The notes beneath the pieces are model-generated. The model was given only the letters and a program-made list of their open reading frames with translations. It made no database searches and was not told the origin of the DNA. A program made the translations under genes and the position numbers. This document shows positions 12,786 through 28,114 of a DNA stretch of 64,000 bases, piece after piece; the stretch's first letter is position 1; each line of letters begins with the position of its first letter. Origin of the DNA: the human T2T-CHM13v2.0 reference genome, Homo sapiens. Location of the stretch: assembly GCF_009914755.1 (NCBI RefSeq), contig NC_060929.1. One strand, written 5' to 3'.

Positions 12786-13856
12786 TGGCTTGAGGAAATC
12801 TAACATAAGCAAGATGACTTCCACACATAGACAGCAATTATGATAAGTAATAATTGGTAGATTTTTCCAGTACAATTGTCAACATAATTATAAAAATAAT
12901 TTTTAAAAACCGCAGAGGAATATCTGTTGAAAATGTTTAGAAAAAAATTATATTACATTATTTCATTATGGTGATTACTATATATTTAACATTATGATTT
13001 GTGAAATACTACATTATAAAATTAAATAAACGATGTCAAAACTAAATGAAAGATTTATTAGACTCATTTGACCTAATGTTAGATGCCTGTTTATTTTCTG
13101 GAGGAAAATTATTTTCTGTATAAGTAAAAGAATAATTGGGAATAAGTTGTAAAATAACCAGATGCATTTGTACTTTATTGTCTAAAATGTTTTAATATTA
13201 AAATTATCAATCTATATCTACATAGATACTCCATGCTCAGTGTTAATTTTTGTATGTGGAAAACTGAAAGACAACTGGTAGTTAAAGAAATGCTGCTTCT
13301 TATCAGTAAATTTCATTCGTGTTGGTTAGACAGTATTAGCTTATATGAATAGATCTGAGAATAGATTCCTTGCTATCAATTAAGAGATTATAAGTTTTCA
13401 TTAAAAAGAGTAAATTTCTTTGATCTTAAAAATGTTGAAGGTTATTAAATATGTATGTAAGTTATAGATGGATAGAGAGAATGGATCAGGGTATTAACAT
13501 AAAAAAGGGCATTCTTCTGGAAATGAAAATCATTTCTAATGGAAATGGGTAATTGGGTAAGAGAAGTGTGAGGAAGTTGACCTACGAGAGAAGTGTGTTG
13601 TTACAATGGGAAGAATAGTTAATATTGTGGTGAAAGTTTAAGAACATTTAAATTTAAGTTCTTAATAACACAGAACTTTAGATTTTTAATACTGAGCAAT
13701 GAGATATTGTAACACAGAATATGTGACACAGAAAGCACTGATTTAATATTTTTCATTGTATTGCTATGCAGGAAGAGAAAAAGACTGTATTCAAGTAGAT
13801 CTTAGGCTAGTGAGAAAAGTTAAGTAGAATGTAACAATGACATTTAGCAGGACTAG

Positions 13857-14235
<379 letters not shown>

Positions 14236-15308
14236 AAATAATGTAAATTTTGATAATCCATTGTAAAAGATAAAATGATGAAAATGATAAAACATCTCCT
14301 GATGTCCATCCTGGGGGAATAGATAAAATATTACACCACCAGCCAATGAAGAACACGTGACTAAAAAAGGATTTCCCGAGGAAATTATGGCCATTGAATC
14401 TGGACAGGTTGAACTTGTGGTATAGGTAAAAATTTTAAGATAGTTGTTTTATAAGTAGACAGAAACAGCACTATGTCTATCCTTCAAATATCAATTTCAC
14501 TCAGCTAACCTCCCAAAAGACAACTGATTTTTGGCAAAGTGTTCTTCATCCAAAGAGAACTAGGATATTTCAGTGTCACAGAAGTAATAGTAAGGGTCAG
14601 GGAAGAGATTCAAGAAGTGAGTGCACAAACTGGGAAATAGAATTGAGATTAATAACTTATACAAGCTATTATATTATAATTAATAAAAAAGTTATCTGTG
14701 GCCTTGTCTAAGTTTCTGTTGGATAATGGAGAAAAGATATATAAAGAGGACAAATGTATCAAAGGAAAAATTAATTCAGCATCAAATAAATCATTCAGCT
14801 TTAAATTATGGTGAGAATTTGGCACTTAAACGTATTTGGTGTTTTTTAAGTGTTGAAATAATCTCAATAAAGTTTTTAATTCAATTACAATTTCTTAATT
14901 TATTATGCTTGCCAAACATATTAACATATGTGTTTGTTATTAAATGTTATTTATAAATTAGCAATTAAAATTTCAGCTAAGAAAATTATTTTATTCACCA
15001 AAACTAAATTTATAAATGACAAAAATAAATACTATGATGTATATCTTTATGTTGACTCAATATTACATGATATTTTATCTGTAAAAAACTGATCAAAATA
15101 TACTTTATTATGTAAAATTGCAGTTGAACAAATTCGTGGTGGCATACTTCATAGTCAATATTAACTTTTATGTGGTAGTAAATAAATATAATACTTAATC
15201 AGTTAATTATTAAAATAGATTATATATTGTTTTCTCCTTAAAACTATAAAAACATATTTAAGCAATTTAAAATATAATTAATTTCATGAGACTTATAATC
15301 ACAATGAA

Positions 15309-15317
15309 TATATATGT

Positions 15318-15359
<42 letters not shown>

Positions 15360-15370
15360 TACACACACAT
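15309..15370. repeat. (TA)n(CA)n microsatellite
   Basis: Direct reading. Confidence 0.9.
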
Positions 15371-16935
15371 AAACTGATTTGCTAATCATGAGCTACAAAA
15401 CCACAAGAGTAACATTCAAAGTAGTTAAACAGGCTACATAAATATTATAACTGATTATATATATATTATTTGCCAATTTAAACATAAAATTACACAAATG
15501 TTTATTCTATCAAAATGTTTAGGTATCTTTCTACTCAAATATTCTGCTTTACAAAGTTTTATATATTTTCATATCTTCATAATGATGAAATATTTTACCA
15601 ATATATTAAGATGCAGTCTGATGATTTTCTAACCTTCTGATATACCAATGAAGTATCACCAGGTATCATCTGATATACCAAATGGCATCAAACAAATGCC
15701 ATTTACCATTTATTTTCTATGCTAGAGGGATATTTTAGTTGTATTTCTTACTCTCTAGCCATGTGGCCTGCCCGATAAAAAATAAGTTTAGACATATTTT
15801 CAGATATTTAGTTTAACCAATAATAATAGAACTAATAAAAAAACTATAAAAAACTCCTTAATTTTCTCTCAAAATCATAGTCAGTATACATATTTACGTG
15901 GGATAATGACAAAGCCTTTTTCACTGTAAAATAAAAATTCACATATTTGAGATGGGACAAATCTGAAATAATTGCTTGGGCAGTTACAAATTAAACAGCA
16001 TTCTATGCAATTACATTTTATTTTAACTATTCATTTTGAATGAGACAATATTAAGCTATTCTCTGTGAGTCTGTGAGTGTTTGGTATTTGAATGCTCTTG
16101 TGAAAGTATTCATTTGAACATATATTTTTATATTATTTTCACTCAAACTTCTAAAGTGGCATAAAGTCCTCATTAATAGTCTATTAGTTTCTATGACTCT
16201 TATTAGCATTGAAAAAACAAATAAGATGATAATAAACATCCGCTTATATTAAAAGTTTCTCTGTTTTAGGGCACTATGATCAAAAGACCTGTTATAGGAA
16301 TTTAAAATGTAAATGCTATGCATTTAATTAAGAAGAGATAACTGTCTATCAAGCATGGCTGCAGAGAATTATCAAGTCAGTATCATATAAAATAATAAAA
16401 AATGTATCAGTTTCGCTTCATTTTGAATAAAATAAGTGAGAGTCAAAAGAGCTCAGTGTGGTTTAAAAGATGTGTGAATGAGTTTTTATTTTAGTAATTG
16501 AAAATAGTCTTGTAATGAATGATGTTTCTTAATTAATTGTGAAAAATAAGAAATGAAGGTGACTTCAAGGTGCATTGTCATGATGTTCCCTGACTGGATG
16601 ACATCTCAGCCATGAAACATTCATACTAGTGCAAGCATGTATATCCTTGTGTTAACACTTCATCCACAGAAACAAGTACTTTATCCATATAACTGGTTTC
16701 AAAGCAGGCCATTGTTCTGTACTATATTATAATTCTTGAGATTATATTAAAATAAGGAATAAAATATTATACATAAATCTAAATCTGAAATATGGTTCTT
16801 TTCCCACTTAGTCAGCTTTCCATGATACTTCAACTTCAACACACACTCTGTGTCTATGTGGACATTCATACCATAAAGTAACTAAATATTCAGAGCATAA
16901 CGATTACTTCCAACTTGATTTGTACAATCTCACTT

Positions 16936-17131
16936 ATATATATAATATATATTATATAATATATCATACATTATATATAATATCATATATCATATATATC
17001 ATAATAATACAATATAATATAATATATGATGTAATATAATTATATATAATATATGTTTAACTATATGATATATATTATATATAAAATATTATATTATATA
17101 TTATTCTATTAAATATTATATAATATATATA
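16936..17131. repeat. ~195-bp degenerate (TA)n tract abutting an Alu tail
   Basis: Almost pure A/T tataat-type repeats directly adjacent to the Alu poly-T. Confidence 0.9.
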
Positions 17132-17446
<315 letters not shown>

Positions 17447-17749
17447 TGAGAAAGAAGAGAGGCAACATTTGTTACTGGAAAATTTAGTATCTCATTAATA
17501 GATCTATCTTTATATCTGTTTATCCATTAGACAAGAGCAAAGAGGTTCCAGGATAACAAGAAGGGCAAGGAAATACCCAGCAATGACTTTACTCATGTAT
17601 TCATTACTCAGTAACTATTTCCTCTGTGCATCGTACATACTATATGCTAGGCTTTTTACAATTATATCAAATACAATGGTTAACACAACAGAAACAAAGA
17701 AAACAACAAAAACAGAATCAAATTTTATGTTATAGATCTTAACATCTAG

Positions 17750-17845
17750 TGGGGATGTGAGTGAAGACTCATGAGTTTGCATTTCTAACAAGTTCCCAAG
17801 CGATGCTGATACTACCAGTTCAGGGTCCCAGAACTGAAAAGTGAA
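17750..17845. mobile_element. MER5A/B (hAT-Charlie MITE) fragment
   Basis: tttgcatttctaacaagttcccaagcgatgctgat motif. Confidence 0.7.
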
Positions 17846-20059
17846 CCTGAACACATCTGGAAGTCCCATTTGACATGAGGTCTTTAGAATGAGTGGGAAT
17901 GAACTAGGAAAAAGAGGTGTAGATTGCCCTACAGATCTGGGAAACAATACTCATAGAGAAAATTTTGTGCATAGAACTAGCAGGAAAGGAAAAAATAAGG
18001 CTTATATTGGTAACTCTATGAAGATAATGTCTTTCAGTAAAAGTTGCTAAACAGTTTTTTTTCAGATAAACATGGAAACGATTCAATGGCATAAGGTAAA
18101 TGAAGAGTAAAATAAATTGTGGTTTTCATATGAAAATTCTAAGCAACAGAAAATTCTGTTAGTGAAAAGAGAAAAGTACATTCAAAAACAGCGTATCTGC
18201 ATAGATTTTAAATAACACAAATACTGGTTATAAATGACGGCAAATAATGGAAGCCAAAATTTTGTGTTACTGCACTGAGGCAAAGATTAGGAAATGAAGG
18301 GGCTCCTGTGCCATGCAGGACAAATGTAACGTTTATCTCTAAGGATTGGAGAATATTGAAGAATTGTTTAAGTAGCTGTATAACATGATCGATTTATATT
18401 AAAAAGCTCATTCTAGCTTTGTGTGAATATGAAGGCTATGGCTGCGGGTGGAAATGGCAATACTTTTTAAAAGCTTCCAGAGATTATTATATCCTTTGAA
18501 GTCTATCCCAGGACCTCTGCTCACCAGGTAAGATGAATTCAGGAGACCAAGCTGAACGACAAGATCAACTGGGGAACACTGCAGCACTTCTGGAGCAAAA
18601 TGACAAATGACCATTAATGTATTATTAATGGGAATAAAGAAGAGTTGACAGACTCAAAATGCATTGCAGAAATTACACCATTTTTGATGATGCTAGACTA
18701 AATATAAGGAAGTGAAATAAAAGGAAAAGTCTAGAAGAATGTCTAGTTTATTTTGTGGCTAAACCAAATGTATAAGTGATGAAAAAGAAAATTTTAAAAA
18801 TAGGAAATGATGAGTATCTAGTTATTAGTTCAGTTTAGTGCATGTCATGAGTTTCAGTATTTGTATATATGTATGTAGAGATAAGTAGTAAGCACTTAGA
18901 CACCACCTGAAATTTATTAGAGGTTTATAGGTAAGAAATAAAAATTTGTTTAAGAAATTACGTTATTCAAGTAATTTATCAAACTGAGAAGAGGGTAAAG
19001 TTCAGGGACAGGGACTGAGCAGTCAATTAAGGAGAAAACTGATGAGAATTTATGTGCTCTCAGGTCACCACCTTCTGTGCTTTTGTTTCATCCAATCTAA
19101 GATTATTTAAATAGAATTTGCTCTTCCAGTTAAAGTAGAAGGTAATTAAGAAAAAATAACACAATACATTGTAATGCATAAAAGTATTGTTTTCCATATA
19201 TTTCACATAAATATACCATTGATAGTCAACTTGCTTAATTAGTTAAAAGATGCTTTTTCATTTGCTAATACTTTACTAGAATTCTAATTATCTACATTTG
19301 ATATTAAGTTAATTGTGTTTTTCATATCTGACTCCTCTGTGGTTCTGTTTAGAGTTCCAAATATGGATAAAATTCACCTGATGAGAATTGCTGAATCTTG
19401 TATTCTTAGTATTAGGTTACATCATTTTGACATGGGAATTTGTCAAATAGGATTTTTAAAACCGAATCAATTTAATTCTAAGTAACTCAATATCTAGATT
19501 TACCTTGGCTGGATATGATGGATAAACTGGATCATGAAAAAGAAAACAAATACAATCTAGGAAAGAGAGTAAAGGCAGAAAAGTCATGTGTACAATGGAG
19601 AAACCTAATTTTGAAAATTAAATGCAAAGACCTAGAAATGGCTATTCATCTAGCCCAATTCATAAGGCAGGCCAAAAGCATTACTCGAGATGCCCTTTAT
19701 GCACAATGCACCTGATTCCTTTGTATCACAAGATAGTCACCACCAGTGATGCAACAAGAAATACTGGCATGTAGGAACAATTCCTAGGTATTCACAGTCA
19801 ATGCAAATACAGATGATACATTATTATTTCATGGTATAAACTGAGCTACCCTCCATCCCCAAAAGCTAAACAATATGTTGTTTTTGAAAATATTACGAAG
19901 CATTAAATACTGGTAAAATCTCAGTGATTGGAGCTGTGTTCACAAAGCCACTGTAGAATCCAATTCCACAGCTGCATCCTGATACAGAACAAACAATATT
20001 TAGGCTGATTTCTTTGTGAGAATATCAGCATCCCCTAGTTATAAGAGGCCAAAGGCAGA

Positions 20060-20235
20060 GTTTGCTGCACAGGCACTACTGATTAGCTGAGTGAGGTCCA
20101 GCAAGTATTCTCACTTTTTTATGTTCCAGTTTACTCATCAATAAAATACAAATTATAATCTGCTAACATTTACAGAACTTCTGTGAGAACTGACTTAAAG
20201 CACTTAGAAAAGGACTTAGTAAATTAACAATAACA
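20060..20235 (+). mobile_element. MIR fragment
   Basis: tagctgagtga..gcaagt...ccagtttactcatcaataaaa...tgtgagaa..aaagcacttagaa. Confidence 0.6.
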
Positions 20236-21559
20236 GTTTTATGAGTGGAATTGGATTACTTCATAAATCTTATCCTGATGATGACTTTGTGACTAAAAAG
20301 TTTAAGAATAAATTATAACTCATTTTCTCTGAAATAAACTGATTTGTTCACACAACTTTTTATCTATGTAATTCCTGTAAATATTCTAATCCTCACAAAT
20401 GTTAAGGAAGGACCAAACAACTTAGTAAAATTTTCTCCACTGGTCTATGGTATTAATATCCTAACAGCTTTTTAAAAAAATTTATGAAAAAATCAGCTCC
20501 ATAGGAATAGTGATGTCAGTGAAAAAGAACAATATAATAACAACAGTATAAGTATTATCTGTCAGGGAGAGGAGAAGCTGTAAGAAATATTCTGTCAATA
20601 ACTGCTTTAAAAAATAAAAATACAATTTTATTGTGATAGAAATATTGTCAATAATAATATTTGATGATAGTGTTTGTTTTCCATCTCTTGGTCAGAAATA
20701 TTTTAAGTGTCAGATTTTGAAACTTAAATCCTATTATTATAGACAATAATAAAGACCTCTCAATCCAGTTATTTTCAGAAATGACCTTTTCTTAAGACAC
20801 ATATTCATTTATAATTAAATCAGAAATGTCTTTAGGTGATGCTCACCTGCATTCAATCAAGGACAAGAAAATATTTATTTCATTTAAGATAAAACAATGG
20901 TTTGTGACATTAGTGAATTACTTTTTTTCTGATTTGAGACATTGAGGAAATGAGAGATAATCCAGGGAGAGCTGTCTTTACACCATGCTTTATTCTGTTT
21001 TTGTTGTTGAGAAACTTATTAGACTGCCAGGAATTACTAGGAATTGTCAGGTTAAATATCATCAGAAACTAAACTATTGACTAAGGATTAAGAGTTTATA
21101 GGTTTAGAAAATATTTAAAAATCACAATAACCATTTAAAACAGATAATTTACATGTTTGTAAGCTATTTATTTTAGCAAATAAAGTTATATTTTATTAAT
21201 AAGTCTTGATAATGATAGTTTGGAAATGTTATAGTTCTAGACTATATCCAGACTTTATCTGATTTTAAGCTTTCTTAACTTAGGCCTAAACTAAGGTAAA
21301 CCTTCAAAAATAAAAAATAAAATCTTTAAAGTAAACTAACGTAAAGCATAAATTTGGAAAGAATTATAAATCATCAGATATATTTAGTGGTTGTTTCTTT
21401 AGACATTAAATCCAACTATCTCTATAAAATGTTTTACTAGAATATTCTTTTAATTAAATCAAGTAACTTCAACCAGCTTTCTGTATTTTATATTTTCATT
21501 CTTTGAATTTCAAAAGCATATCATATTTTTGTAATTGGAATGTTTAAAATGGATTGATA

Positions 21560-21768
21560 ATGTACCCTGCAACATACTCTTTACAATTATAAACACATTT
21601 AATTCTCATAATAAAGCTGTGAAAGGGCTGCTATTATTGTCTCCTTTTTACAGGGAAAACTGACTCATTGACAGGTTAGTAAGTTTCAGGCTAAGTTGAC
21701 CTAGCCTGAAAGTGTGAATTCAGACGAGGGTCCAAGCAGTCTTACTTCACAACTATTATATAAACCAC
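21560..21768 (-). mobile_element. MIR fragment
   Basis: catttaattctcata...ctattattgtctcctttttacagggaaaactga...ccaagcagtct. Confidence 0.65.
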
Positions 21769-22749
21769 ATCTTTATTTTTTTAATCACATCTTTAAAGAA
21801 ATAAGTCACCTAAACAAATCAAATTTAACACAATCCTCACAAACTGAATAGAAAATTGAGATAAACAAGATAATTTTTCTAGATTACTACCTTCTTTTAT
21901 TTTTTTGTCCCAGGTAGCAATAGAAAAAACAATGATAACCTCCTACATTTATGTGTTAGTGAATTTGGTGAGGAATAAGGACCAAACTTAATGGATAAAA
22001 AACAAGAAATGTTTTTCACTAGAATATGCAAATGAGAGTTCAGTAAATTAGAAGTTGACTTTGCAAAATGAAAGACCTGTATTAAAACTTTTTGTCACTT
22101 AAGGATTCAATAAAAAATTTGCAAAAATTTATTGTGAAACCAAAGAAATTTAAAAAGGGAAATAACAAAGAAAAAGAGAAAACCTATTGGCATTTCTCCA
22201 CAATTTATCTAAATGTTTAGCTTCTGCAATAAAATATTTTGTCTCACTTTCTTTCTTTTTTAAAATAATGTTTAGGAATTTTTTCTAACAATTTTTCCTT
22301 CGGATGGAGGTTATTATTTGTACCTGCTTGTCTTAATATTAACTATATGCATCACTAGTCTATTGACTCTTAAATACAATAAATCTAATGGTAAGTAGTC
22401 AATTGACATCACAGACTTTATACATACAACAGGGCATAAAAAGGGTATAAGATGTGTCAACTATTAATATGCATTAAATATAGTTAAATATTTGATAATT
22501 CAGTATAGACATATGCATATAAATAAAACTTTATTGTTGATTTGAAAAGTCTAGAAAGCTTCCAAATAATATTTTATAATCTGTTGGTAGCAAAAACTTA
22601 AATTTGGAAGGATTCTTAGCTTTTTAACACACCGGTTTATCGTTACACAAATCTAGACCATTGACATTCAAGAGAAAGCAAAAATCCAATCCAGAAAATT
22701 GAAGGATGGCAATAAAACAATACAAGAGATAAAAGAAGAAACGGTCATT

Positions 22750-23805
22750 TATCACGGGAAATTCAGCCCCCAATATTTCATGTGGGTCCTTTTCTATTTT
22801 CCCTAAGTGTCAGCCTGTCTGAGAAATAAAGGGAAAGAGTACAAAAGAGAGAAATTTTAAAACTGGGTGTCTGGGGGAGACATCACATGTCGGCAGGTTC
22901 CGTGACGCCCCTGAGCCGTAAAACCAGCAAGTTTTTATTAGTGATTTTCAAAAGGGGAGGGAGTGTACGAATAGGGTGTGGGTCACAGAGATCACATGCT
23001 TCACAAGGTAATAAAATATCACAAGGCAAATGGAGGCAGGGCAAGATCGCAGGACTGGGGCGAAATTAAAATTGCTAATGAAGTTTTGGGCATGCATTGT
23101 CATTGATAATATTTTATCAGGAGACTGGGTTTGAGAGCAGACAACCGGTATGACCAAAATTTATCAGGCAGGAATTTCCTAGTCCTAATAAGCCTGGGAG
23201 CGCTACTGGAGACCGGGGCTTATTTCATCCCTCAACGACAACCGTAAAAGACAGATGTCCCCAACGCAGCCATTTCAGAGGCCTCCCCTTAGGAACGCAT
23301 TCTCTTTCTCAGGGATGTTCCTTGCTGAGAAAAAGAATTCAGCAATATTTTTCCTATTTGCTTTTGAAAGAAGAGAAATATGGCTCTGTTCCGCCTGGCC
23401 CACAGGCAGCCAGACTTTAAGGTTATCTCCCTTGTTCCCTGAACATCACTCTTATCCTGTTCTTTTTTCAAGGTGCCCAGATTTCATATTGTTTAAACAA
23501 TTTGTGCAGTTAACACAATCATCACAGGGTCCTGAGGCGACATTCATCCTCAGCTTACGAAGATGACAGGATTAAGAGATTAAAGACAGGCATAGGAAAT
23601 CACAAGAGTATTGATTGGGGAAGTGATAAGTGTCCATGAAATCTTCACAATTTATGTTCAGAGATTGAAGTAAAGACAGGTGTGAGAAATTATAAAAGTA
23701 TTAATTTGGGGAACTAATAAACGTCCATGAAATCTTCACAATTTATGTTCTTCTGACATGGCTTCAGCCTGTCCCTCCATTCGGGGTCCCTGACTTCCTG
23801 CAACA
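22750..23805 (-). mobile_element. MER11 solo LTR (HERV-K HML-8)
   Basis: Minus strand begins TGTTGCAGGAAGTCAGGGACCCC; 6-bp TSD gtcatt/atcatt (22744-22749, 23806-23811); internal repeat tccatgaaatcttcacaatttatgttc x2. Confidence 0.93.
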
Positions 23806-24206
23806 ATCATTAAAAAAAAAAAGTAAACAAAAGCAGTGATCTGATAGAGCTGAAAAACTCACTTCAATAATTTCATAACACAATCACAAGTACTAAAAGC
23901 AACATGGACCAGGATGAGGAAAGAATCTCAGTGCTTGAAGACTGGTCTCTGAAATAACACAGTCAGACAAAAAATAAAGAATAAAAAATAAAGATAAAAC
24001 AAAACCTATGAGAAATATGGGATTACATAACCCTATCAAATCTACGACTCATTGGCATCCCTGAAAGAGCAGAGAAAGCAAGCAACTTTAAAACTTTTTT
24101 GAGAATATTATTCATAAAAATTACCCCAACTTCGCTAAAGAGGTAATCATTCAAATTGAACAAATGCAGAGAATCCCTGTGAGATACTATATAAGATGAC
24201 TGTTCC

Positions 24207-24914
24207 TATTATGGGTAGTTAGACAGGCAGGAGCAGGGCAGGAGAGGACTCTTCCCCAAATCTAGGAATGTCAGCAATGGTTTGGCAATTATCACATTGC
24301 CTCTCTAAAAAGTCATAAATTGGCAGCCAGCACCAGGGAGAGGCCATTTCCTGATGATCCACAGCTGTTAATATTAACGTGTTAATTGAATTCAGGTGCC
24401 AGGGAGTAGCAAAAAGGGCTTCCAATAAAATCTCAGGTAATGGTCTCATGAGCCCAGGCGTGCACATTAAGAGAAAAAATGGCAGGGTATGACCTTCTGT
24501 CAGCAATCCACCGGGAAAGTGAGGAGTATCTCAGATGAACATACATACAACTTCTTAAACACACTGTGCATGCTCACTTCCCAAGGGCAAGAAGCACACT
24601 GTGCATGCAGGCAGCCCACCCTAAGGGAAAAATCACAAGAAAGGGGCCAGCCTATAGAGTCCTAGGATCCAGGTTAAACACCACACTTGTTATTTAAGCT
24701 GCTCACTGAGTCTCTTCCAAGCATACTTTCCTTTCTTTCTTGTTCTAAAGCCTTTTAAAATAAACTTCCACTCCTGCTCTAAAACTTCCCTTGGTCTCTT
24801 TTTCTCCCTTATGCCCTTCAGTCAAAATAAAAAATCTGAGGAGGCAAGAATTGAGGTTGCTTTAGACACGTATGGATTTGCTGCCAGTAATTTGAATATT
24901 TGCCACTAGTAACA
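24207..24914 (+). mobile_element. MER50 solo LTR (ERV1)
   Basis: ggtagttagacaggca..gagcagggcaggagagg start, AATAAA near 24759, ends gtaaca; 4-bp TSD TTCC (24203-24206, 24915-24918) splits L1 ORF1. Confidence 0.85.
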
Positions 24915-26610
24915 TTCCCAAGACACAGAGTCATCAGATTCTCCAAGGCCAAAATGAAAGAAAAAATGTTAAATGCAGCTATTGGGAAGAGTAAGGTCAT
25001 CTACAAAGGGGACTGCATCAGGCTAACAGTGTAACTTTCAGCAGAAACCATACAAGCCAGAAGCGATTGGGGATGTGTTTTCAGTATTCTTAAAGAAAAG
25101 AAATTCCACCCAAGAATTTCATATCCAGCCAAACTAAGCCTCATAAGCTAGGAAGAAATAAGATCCATTTCAAAGAAGCAAATGCTAACGGAATTCATTA
25201 CCACCAGAACTGCCTTAAAGAAGATCCTTAAAGGAGTACTAAATACAGAAATTTAATAAAAGACTATTACTGGTCGCCACAAAAACACATTTAAGTACAT
25301 AGTCCATTGATACTATAAAGCAACCAAACAATCAAGTCTGTATAACAAACAGCTAACAACACAACGGCAGTATCAAAGCCACACATGCCAATATTAACGT
25401 TGAAGATAAACAGGGTAAATGCCCCAATTAAAAGGAACAGAGTGGCAAGTTGAATGAAGAAGCAAGTCCAAAGTGTATCCTGTCTTCAAGAGACCAATGT
25501 CACATGCAATGACAACCGTAAACTAAAAAAAAAAGGAGACAGAAAAATCTACCAAGCAAATGAGAAACAGAAGGCAGGTGTTAGCAAAGATATTTGAGAC
25601 CTAATTACTCATATTTGAGACCTAAAAACTAACAAAGATATTTGATAACTAATTTCAGACAAAACATACTGTAAAGCAACAATGATCAAAAGACAAGAAG
25701 GGCATTACACCATGGTAAAGGGTTCAATTTGACAAGCAGACCTAACTTCTCTTAGTGTGTGTAAATCAAATTAAATATATATGTTATATATATAAAACAC
25801 AGGAGAACCAAGATTCATAAAGAAAGTTCTTAGAGACCTACAAAGACTTAATAGTGGAGACTTCAACACATCACTGACAGTAATAGACAGATCATCGAGG
25901 CAGAAAATTAACAAAGATATTTGAGATCTAAAGATAATAGTTGACCAAATGTGACTAATGGACATCAGTAGAATGCTCCACCCCAAAACCACAGAATATA
26001 TATTCTTCTCATCTGCAGATAGCACATGCTCTATATTGATCACACAATCAAACATAAAACAATCCTCAGCAAATCAAAAAAAAAAAAACACTGAAATCAC
26101 AGCAAACACACTCTCGGACAACAGTGCAATAGAAGTATAAATAAATACTAGAAAAATCACTTAAAACCATGCAATTACATGGAAATTAATCAACTTACAC
26201 CTACCTAAAGGACATTTAGGTAAACAATACAATTAAGATGGTAATTCAGAAATTATTTGAAACTGATGAGAAGATACAACATACCCAAATCACTGGGACA
26301 CAGGTAAAGCAGTGTTAAGAGGGAAGATTATAGCTCTTAATGCCTACATCAAAGAGCTAGAAAGATCTCAAATTAACAATCTACTGTCACACTTAGAGAA
26401 ACCAGAGAAAAAAGATCAAACCAATCACAGAGCTGGCAGAAGACAAAAAAATCACCAAACTCACAGAAATACCAAATACCTTCCGAGACTACTATGAACA
26501 CTTCCATGCACACAACCTGTAAAACCTAGAAAAAAAATGATAAATTCCTGGAAACCTACAACCTCCCAAGACTCGACCAGGAAGAAATTAAATCCCTGAC
26601 CAGATGAATT

Positions 26611-28114
26611 ATGAGTTCTGAAATTGATTCAGTAATAAAAAGCCTACCAATCAGAAAATGTCCAGGACCAGATGGATTCACAGCGAGTTTCTACCAAATG
26701 TATAAAGAGTTGTTACCATTCCTACTGAAAGTATTCCAAAAAATTCAGGAGGAGGGACTCTTCCCTAACTCATTTCATGAGGTTTGCATAATTCTGATAT
26801 CAAAACCAGACAGAGACACAATGGAAAAAGAAAACATGAGACCAATATCCTTGATGAACATAAATGTAAAAATCCTCAACAAAATACTAACAAACCAACT
26901 TCAGCAGCACTTCAAAAAGCTAATCTGCCACAATCAAGTAGGCTTTACCTCTGGAATGCAAATTTGGTTCAACATATCAATACAAATCAATAAATGTGAT
27001 TCATCACATAAACAGAACTAAAAGCAAAAAACCACATGATCATCTCAATAGATGCAGAAAAGTCTTTTGATACACTTCAACACCCCTTCATGTTGAAAAT
27101 TCTCAACAAACTAGGCATTGAAGGAACATACTTCAAAATAATAGAAGCCATCTATGAAAAATCCACAGCCAACATCATATGGAATAGGCAAAAGCTAAAA
27201 AAATTCCCCTTGAAAACCAGGACAAGACAAGCATGCCTGCTCTTGCCACTCCTATTCAACATAGTACTGGAAGTCCTAACCAGTGCAATCAGGAAAGAGA
27301 AAGAAATAAAAGACATCCAAATGAGACTAGAGGAAGTCCAATTATCTCTCTTTGCAGATGATATGATTCTATACCTAAAAATCCCTAAAGACTCCACCAA
27401 AAGGCTCCTAGAACTGATATATGACTTCGGTAAAGTTTCAATGTATAAAAATCAGTAGCATTTCTATATATCAATTATGTTGAAGCTGAGAGCCAAATGA
27501 ATAATGCAATCCCATTTCTAGCAGCCACAAGTAGAATAAAATATCTAATAATACAGCTAAGTGTAGAGGCGGAAGATCTCTACAAAGAGAACTATAAAAT
27601 ACTGCTGAAAGAAATCAGAGATGACACAAACAAATGGAAAAACATTCCATACTCATGGATAGGAATAATTGATATTGTTAAAATGGCCATACTGCTCAAA
27701 GCCATTTACAGATTCAATATTATTTCTACCAAACTACCGATGTCATTTTTCACAGCATTAGAGAAAACTATTTTAAAATTCATATGGAGCCAAAAAAGCC
27801 CAAATAACCAAAGCAATCCTAATTAAAAAGAGCAAAGCCAGAGGTATCCCATTATCCAACTTCAAACTATACTAAAAGGATAAAGTAACCAAAACTGTAT
27901 GGTAATGTTACAAAAACAGATACATAGACCAATGGAAAAGAATAGAGAGCTGCACATGTACCGCCATCTGATCTTTGACAAATTTGACAAAAACAAGCCA
28001 TGTGGAAAGGATTCCCTATACAATAAATGGTGTTGTGATAACTGCCTAGCCATATGCAGAAGATTGAAACTGGATTACTTCCTTACACCATATAAAAAAA
28101 TCAACTCAAGATGA
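26611..28114 (+). pseudogene. L1 ORF2 reverse-transcriptase relic (frameshifted)
   Basis: Consecutive ORF fragments 26611-27021, 27036-27458 (FADD), 27497-27826, 27899-28114. Confidence 0.9.

Noticed and set aside
18240-19020. Probable decayed L2 (also 200-660)
   Set aside because: Too diverged to set boundaries or confirm
21684-21711. 10-bp stem TTTCAGGCTA/TAGCCTGAAA
   Set aside because: Short, inside a MIR; no evidence of function
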